This document shows positions 59,270 through 64,000 of a DNA stretch of 64,000 bases, piece by piece. Positions within the stretch are counted from its first letter, which is position 1; the number at the start of each line of letters is the position of its first letter. A model generated the notes under the pieces. It saw nothing but the letters and a program-made list of their open reading frames with translations. It had not been told where the DNA came from and ran no database searches. Source of the DNA: Trichoplax sp. H2 (lineage: Eukaryota). The stretch lies in contig NOWV01000169.1 in the NCBI GenBank assembly GCA_003344405.1, positions 1-64,000 on the forward strand. The letters are read 5' to 3'. A program made the translations under genes and the position numbers.

Positions 59270-62200
59270 TCACATTTTCATTAATCCCTCTGCCACAGCC
59301 AAATTTATAAGAAATTTTTCCTTGGACGCGGTTAGATTTCTAGATGTAATGCAATCTGGAGATAACATTCCATTTTGGTCGGAGGCCAGTGATTTTAAAT
59401 TACTAATTAAATCCCCTATCGTTGATGACAGTTCCTTTGAAAAATAATTGCAATAATTCGTTCAATTAAGATTTTACGCTCACTCATGTAAACATATCAA
59501 AAGAAAATTCTCCTCGCATTTTGCAATTTCATGTATTCGATTAAATTAGGAAAATCAATGATTTTCTATAGCATGTGGTACCTGAACTATGTCTTGATTT
59601 GAACACTCGTCATTTTGGGCAAGGGACACCAATTGCGAAGCGATATCTTTGTGAATCTTACTGAGCACAAAATTTTCTAAGGTATGATGCAAATAATATA
59701 GTGGTATCAATCGTTTAGTAACTCACTTTACACAGCACCATACTGGACTGCAACTCTGCAGCATACCAAATATAGAATTACGTTATGCGAAAACTTTATA
59801 ATAAATGTTCAAAAGCATTCAAAAATTTATGATGAACCTTAATGTAAGCAAAAATTTCCATAAAACTTTACTATCAACGCTTAACTGCAAGATCTCAATG
59901 CAATCACGTTTACCTTTTGCATGTGAGGCTACATAAATTTCACGACGTGGCACTAAACATATAATTAGTAATATTGTTATAATAAATTTATAGTATAAAA
60001 CAAGCTGACTAATAACTGAGCTATCTGGAAAGATAGCTTACTATTAACTAGTACATCGAAAAGATACTCCTTATCTTCGATGCTGGGATCTGTTACTCCA
60101 GCGACGTAGTGTTGCAAGCTCTTTAGGTTAAAAACTTCATTAGTTTTACTTAAGTCTATAAACGGATGTACAATATCCCAATTTTGTCGATGCCATGATA
60201 GCAAAGGCATAGTTCTAAATGTTAATAAGAGGTTACTGTTAACAACTCATTCGAATTTCTTAATATTCTTTTACTGATATGGCAGATCAGAAAATAGTTT
60301 TAACCTGGTACTATCCAGAAGAAATCTAAGGTTTGAATCAAAAATAACAATTCGTTTCTTTAATAGCAATGCGACACAGATAAGAATTATTTCCAACCCG
60401 AATTCCAGAATCAGTCCTAAGTTTATCGTTAAATGAAATGGAACATTAACAAAATTAGGCTTTCTATGATTAGACAATTATAATGACATCAGTTTCGGTC
60501 GAAGGAAAAACAGTCAGCAATAAAGTAAAGCAACAAGCGTCAGGTGAAAGCTTTTCACACTTGTTTCAATCGGTAAAAATCTTCCGTATTATCAATATAC
60601 GTACTTTAAGAAATTTTAACATCTGTATGCTTAGTTAATAACAAACTGGAGATGTACTACAAATGTCTACAATTAGCATTACTGCATGTACGTAGAGCAT
60701 ACGTCATTTTACGGTTCCTAGGGAACATTCGTTAGTCAGTGTACTTTAATACAGCATTTGTCTAATTTTAAAATGAAATGCATAACCCAGTAGCGATTTT
60801 CTAGAAAATCTGATGTTGCCTAGGAAGTTTAGATACCTGTCTTTGCAGGCATCAAGGAATAAGAGCTACTTTTTGCTAGAGAGATTATACTGAAGATCTG
60901 CTAAATTTAGGAGCGCCTAGCACCCAAATGCTACTTTTAGTTTAAAGTGTTTGGGTAAGTTGTTAAGTTAAAAGAAATCAATATTACCTAATGTTAGGCT
61001 ATCAAGACACCAGTAACGGAAATGTTTTACGATATTTCGAAAAATCTAGAAAAGTATCCACTTCAGCAACTTACTCTGTAGAGTATTTGGAAATTAGTGG
61101 AAACTGTTCATTGTACAATTTTTAAAGTGTAAGTGTGTAAGCATATCATACAATGGTTGAATATTACTGTACTGTATATCAGTCTCTTAGTACCGTATAT
61201 TGTAGAATCTAGATAAAATTTCAAGACAGTAATCTGAGGAGAAATATAGGATTTAGCATTAAAGTTGCGCAGTAAGCCTATCTAGTACTGTAATTCTGCA
61301 TTTGATGGTATAGTTCACTATGGTGACAGACCGCTAGAAAAATCATATAGTTCTTCTCCGGTCGAATCATACAAGTCATAAAGCCTCTTAGACTCTTAAC
61401 TGACAGTTGGGATTTAAGAATCGACAACATTCATAGATATACAGTATATAATATGCTATCGACACCGCATCCTATAACTTTCGCATGTTGTCCAGGCTGT
61501 CTAATGCCGAAACAAAAGGTTGATTATTGTACGAATCTTTAGAAGTCCTCGTTCACCTTACACTCAGTAAAGTATTATAACAAGTAGTTAGCGGGTATCT
61601 AATGCTTAACAACAGCCATAAGACAATAAATACTGAATATATACTGTACTGTAGCTTCACCGCATAGCATGGAATAGTTGATGACTGCATAACAAAATAA
61701 GATCGCGGATAATTTCTTTTACTGGATATCTAACGATAAGTACCGTTACCGTAGCTTTCATAATTATAATAATATCGTTACCTCGCATGCATGCGGACGT
61801 TGCATAAAACGCAGACACAGCGGTAAACTTATCAAAATTAAAAGTACCAAATTGCTCGTGATTCCAGAAGCCATGTACATTGACTGATATAAAAGCTGTA
61901 GCCATTAGCGATGGATTTCCACAAATGTTATATATATCCCCAAGAAATTTGCAGAATTCTTGATACTTTTCTGGGTGAAAGTCCTAAACTTGATGAAAAG
62001 CACCATGCGGCTTAGGAAACAAATGTGACTACTTGTGCTTTTAATACATTAAAGTGTAATACTATTTAAAATTTAGACAGCAAGCATATGCAGTGAGCAA
62101 TAATTACAACTTGTCTATAATGCCCCATCAATATTTGAATCAAAGTTCCGAAAGAACATTAAAACAAATACGAGTATGTAAGTCATACCACAGAAGCTAG

Positions 62201-62886
62201 CAATTCTCGTTGCATGCGAATGTAGAAAGCCATACGTTTAGTTAATTAATTTTACAGCGAACTACGAAAAATTGCACTACAAACCTTGCATCTAAGTATC
62301 ACACAAAATTGTTTCACCTATAAAGAGTACAAAAATAGGAGAAATTTGTTTAGTAACTGTACTGTATACTCCCTGCTGTAACGTATCCATTTCACTATCT
62401 GCATTTAATAATTACCGTGTGTACAGTTACAAGGACTGCATTTGCTAGATTGTTAGGGTACTGTACACTGTACAGTATACAGTACAGTACAGTAATAGTA
62501 GAAAGGTTGCATAGTTCTATCATTATATTGTACTGTCTAGAATCAAAGAAACGCAAACAGTAACCTGAGAAAGTTGTTCTTTCGCGAATGGCATTGCTTG
62601 AATGTAATACCAGTCATGCAAATGTCTACCGAATATAAAGTCAATTGTATTTTTTCGGGAAGCATTCATTAATTTTGATCTCGACAAGATTAAGTCAGAG
62701 AATGATTGATTACTTGCGGGAAAAGACCAAGTTATTAATGAATCTCCATTAACATCGGATTCTGCGATATTGTGGTAGCAGAAATGCAGAGATGTTAAAG
62801 GTTTCCCTGAGCATACACGCGTAAATTCATTAATTAACATCAGTACCTATAATATGTAAGCTATGCAATTTCAAACTTCTACTCAT
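59270..62886 (-). CDS. DENND10: DENN domain protein 10 (FAM45A), about 9 exons
   Basis: Spliced MSRSLKLHSLHII/ESDVNGDSLITWSFPA...FIFGRHLHDWYYI.../VKQFCVILRCK/DFHPEKYQEFCKFL.../LILEFGLEIILICVALLLKKRIVIF.../MPLLSWHRQNWDIVHP.../...KFLINLAVAEGLMKM*. Stop TGA at 59272-59270. Confidence 0.92.
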
Positions 62887-63009
62887 CTCGTAGTAAAAAT
62901 TAAAAGTTCTCGCCTTCCTTTCACTTCTTTACAGGACTTTAATCTAAATTAATAATTTTTAATCTTAAACTCTGCTATAAACGTTTCCACATTCACTGCT
63001 AAGAATCTC

Positions 63010-63660
63010 TGAGTTACTGTATCCCTAATGTTTACTGTACTGAGTAGTACCTGTAGCTACTGTAGTGTCGTGCTGTACTGTACAGTACAAGTACAGTACA
63101 GCTATCATGAACTCAAGTACTCAACGATGCTGTCTGGCAGCAACATACTGTAGCAGCATAGAACTATTTAAATTAAATAGTTTTTAAACTTACTGTACAT
63201 ACCATACATTATAGTACAGTACTGTACTGTACTGTACAGTACATTTAAAACCGTACAGTACAGTAATGTACAATATACTGTACTGTACTGTACTGTACAG
63301 ACCGGTATTACGTTGTAAAATGGTTATACACAGTACACGGTATAAAGTTACTGAACCTCTGACAGGTCTATGACAAATGGTAATACTATCTGTTAAATGA
63401 GCACATTATCGTAAACCGTCAGCAAAGCGACGGGAGTTTGCACTAAAATTAATTATTCAATACTACAATACAGTACTGTACAGTGCACTTGTGCACTAAA
63501 TGTGCAGTTTGCTGTAGCGTTTACGGCTACACTCCAAAGTAGCTACCAATAATACCGTACACTGTACCGTACTGTACAATACATGTACAAAGTTGTCTAC
63601 AAACTATTAATTGACGGTTACTCTGAGAGGTACTGTACTGTACTGTACTGTACCGTACTC
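63010..63660. repeat. CAGTA/CTGTA cluster in the DENND10/DCTN1 divergent spacer
   Basis: Several mixed arrays, e.g. 63213-63300 and 63630-63660. Confidence 0.9.
63371..63446 (+). mobile_element. Helitron-like 3' fragment in the DENND10/DCTN1 spacer
   Basis: AATGGTAATACTATCTGTTAA...ACATTATCGTAAACCGTCAGCAAAGCGACGGGAGTTTGCACTAA (CTRR end). Confidence 0.7.
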
Positions 63661-63742
63661 TACAAATTTCACAAAAATTTCTTGAATATCCCTAAATTTG
63701 CAACTCACAAGTTTGCAAACGTCTTAAATATCATTTATTACT

Positions 63743-64000
63743 ATGTCGGAAAAAAGTATCAAACTTGGTCAAAAGGTAGAAGTACCCGGTCGTGGATATA
63801 TAGGCACTGTTGCGTATATTGGCTCTACCTCCTTTGCTCCGGGTAAATGGGTCGGGATAATTTTGGATGAGCCAAAAGGCAAAAATAATGGCACAGTACA
63901 GGGCAAGCGATATTTTACATGTGAAGATAATTTTGGCATGTTTGTAAGACCTACACAAATTAATATTCTTGAAGAAGTACCGTCGACCGACGTAACTTCA
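63743..64000 (+). CDS. DCTN1: Dynactin subunit 1 (p150Glued), N-terminal CAP-Gly domain; runs off the window end
   Basis: MSEKSIKLGQKVEVPGRGYIGTVAYIGSTSFAPGKWVGIILDEPKGKNNGTVQGKRYFTCEDNFGMFVRPTQI is a CAP-Gly domain at the extreme N-terminus and closely resembles p150Glued. Only this domain is visible. Confidence 0.85.
   Translation, partial: MSEKSIKLGQKVEVPGRGYIGTVAYIGSTSFAPGKWVGIILDEPKGKNNGTVQGKRYFTCEDNFGMFVRPTQINILEEVPSTDVTS

Overview
AT-rich, intron-containing animal genomic DNA; gene density, short introns and composition suggest a placozoan such as Trichoplax (inference). Manual splicing gives 12 protein-coding genes: SLCO/OATP (partial, -), an Apaf-1-like CARD/NB-ARC/WD40 gene (+), UROS (+), a BOD1-family gene (-), COX15 (+), MAEA (-), ATP5MK/USMG5 (+), MAK16 (-), DHX15 (+), WDR6 (-), DENND10 (-) and DCTN1 (partial, +). 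Ten of these form five head-to-head pairs. Repeats include a non-autonomous Helitron-like family, small hairpin MITEs and a ~525-bp foldback. Main observations: (1) gene 5' regions are packed with mixed-orientation CAGTA/CTGTA units, and allelic copies differ by exact 5-bp C[A/T]GTA insertions after lone TA dinucleotides, the canonical Tc1/mariner (Sleeping Beauty-type) excision footprint; (2) around two N gaps all four junctions (A-B, B-B, B-C, A-C) of a reciprocal ~21-kb deletion/duplication or circle are present, with 6-bp duplications at both breakpoints; (3) the Apaf-1-like protein ends in a CaaL prenylation motif and has altered GxP and MHD motifs; (4) two introns have U12-type branch points but GTATCA donors; (5) most genes have human orthologues in the 4p/5q/8p-2p/10q paralogon.
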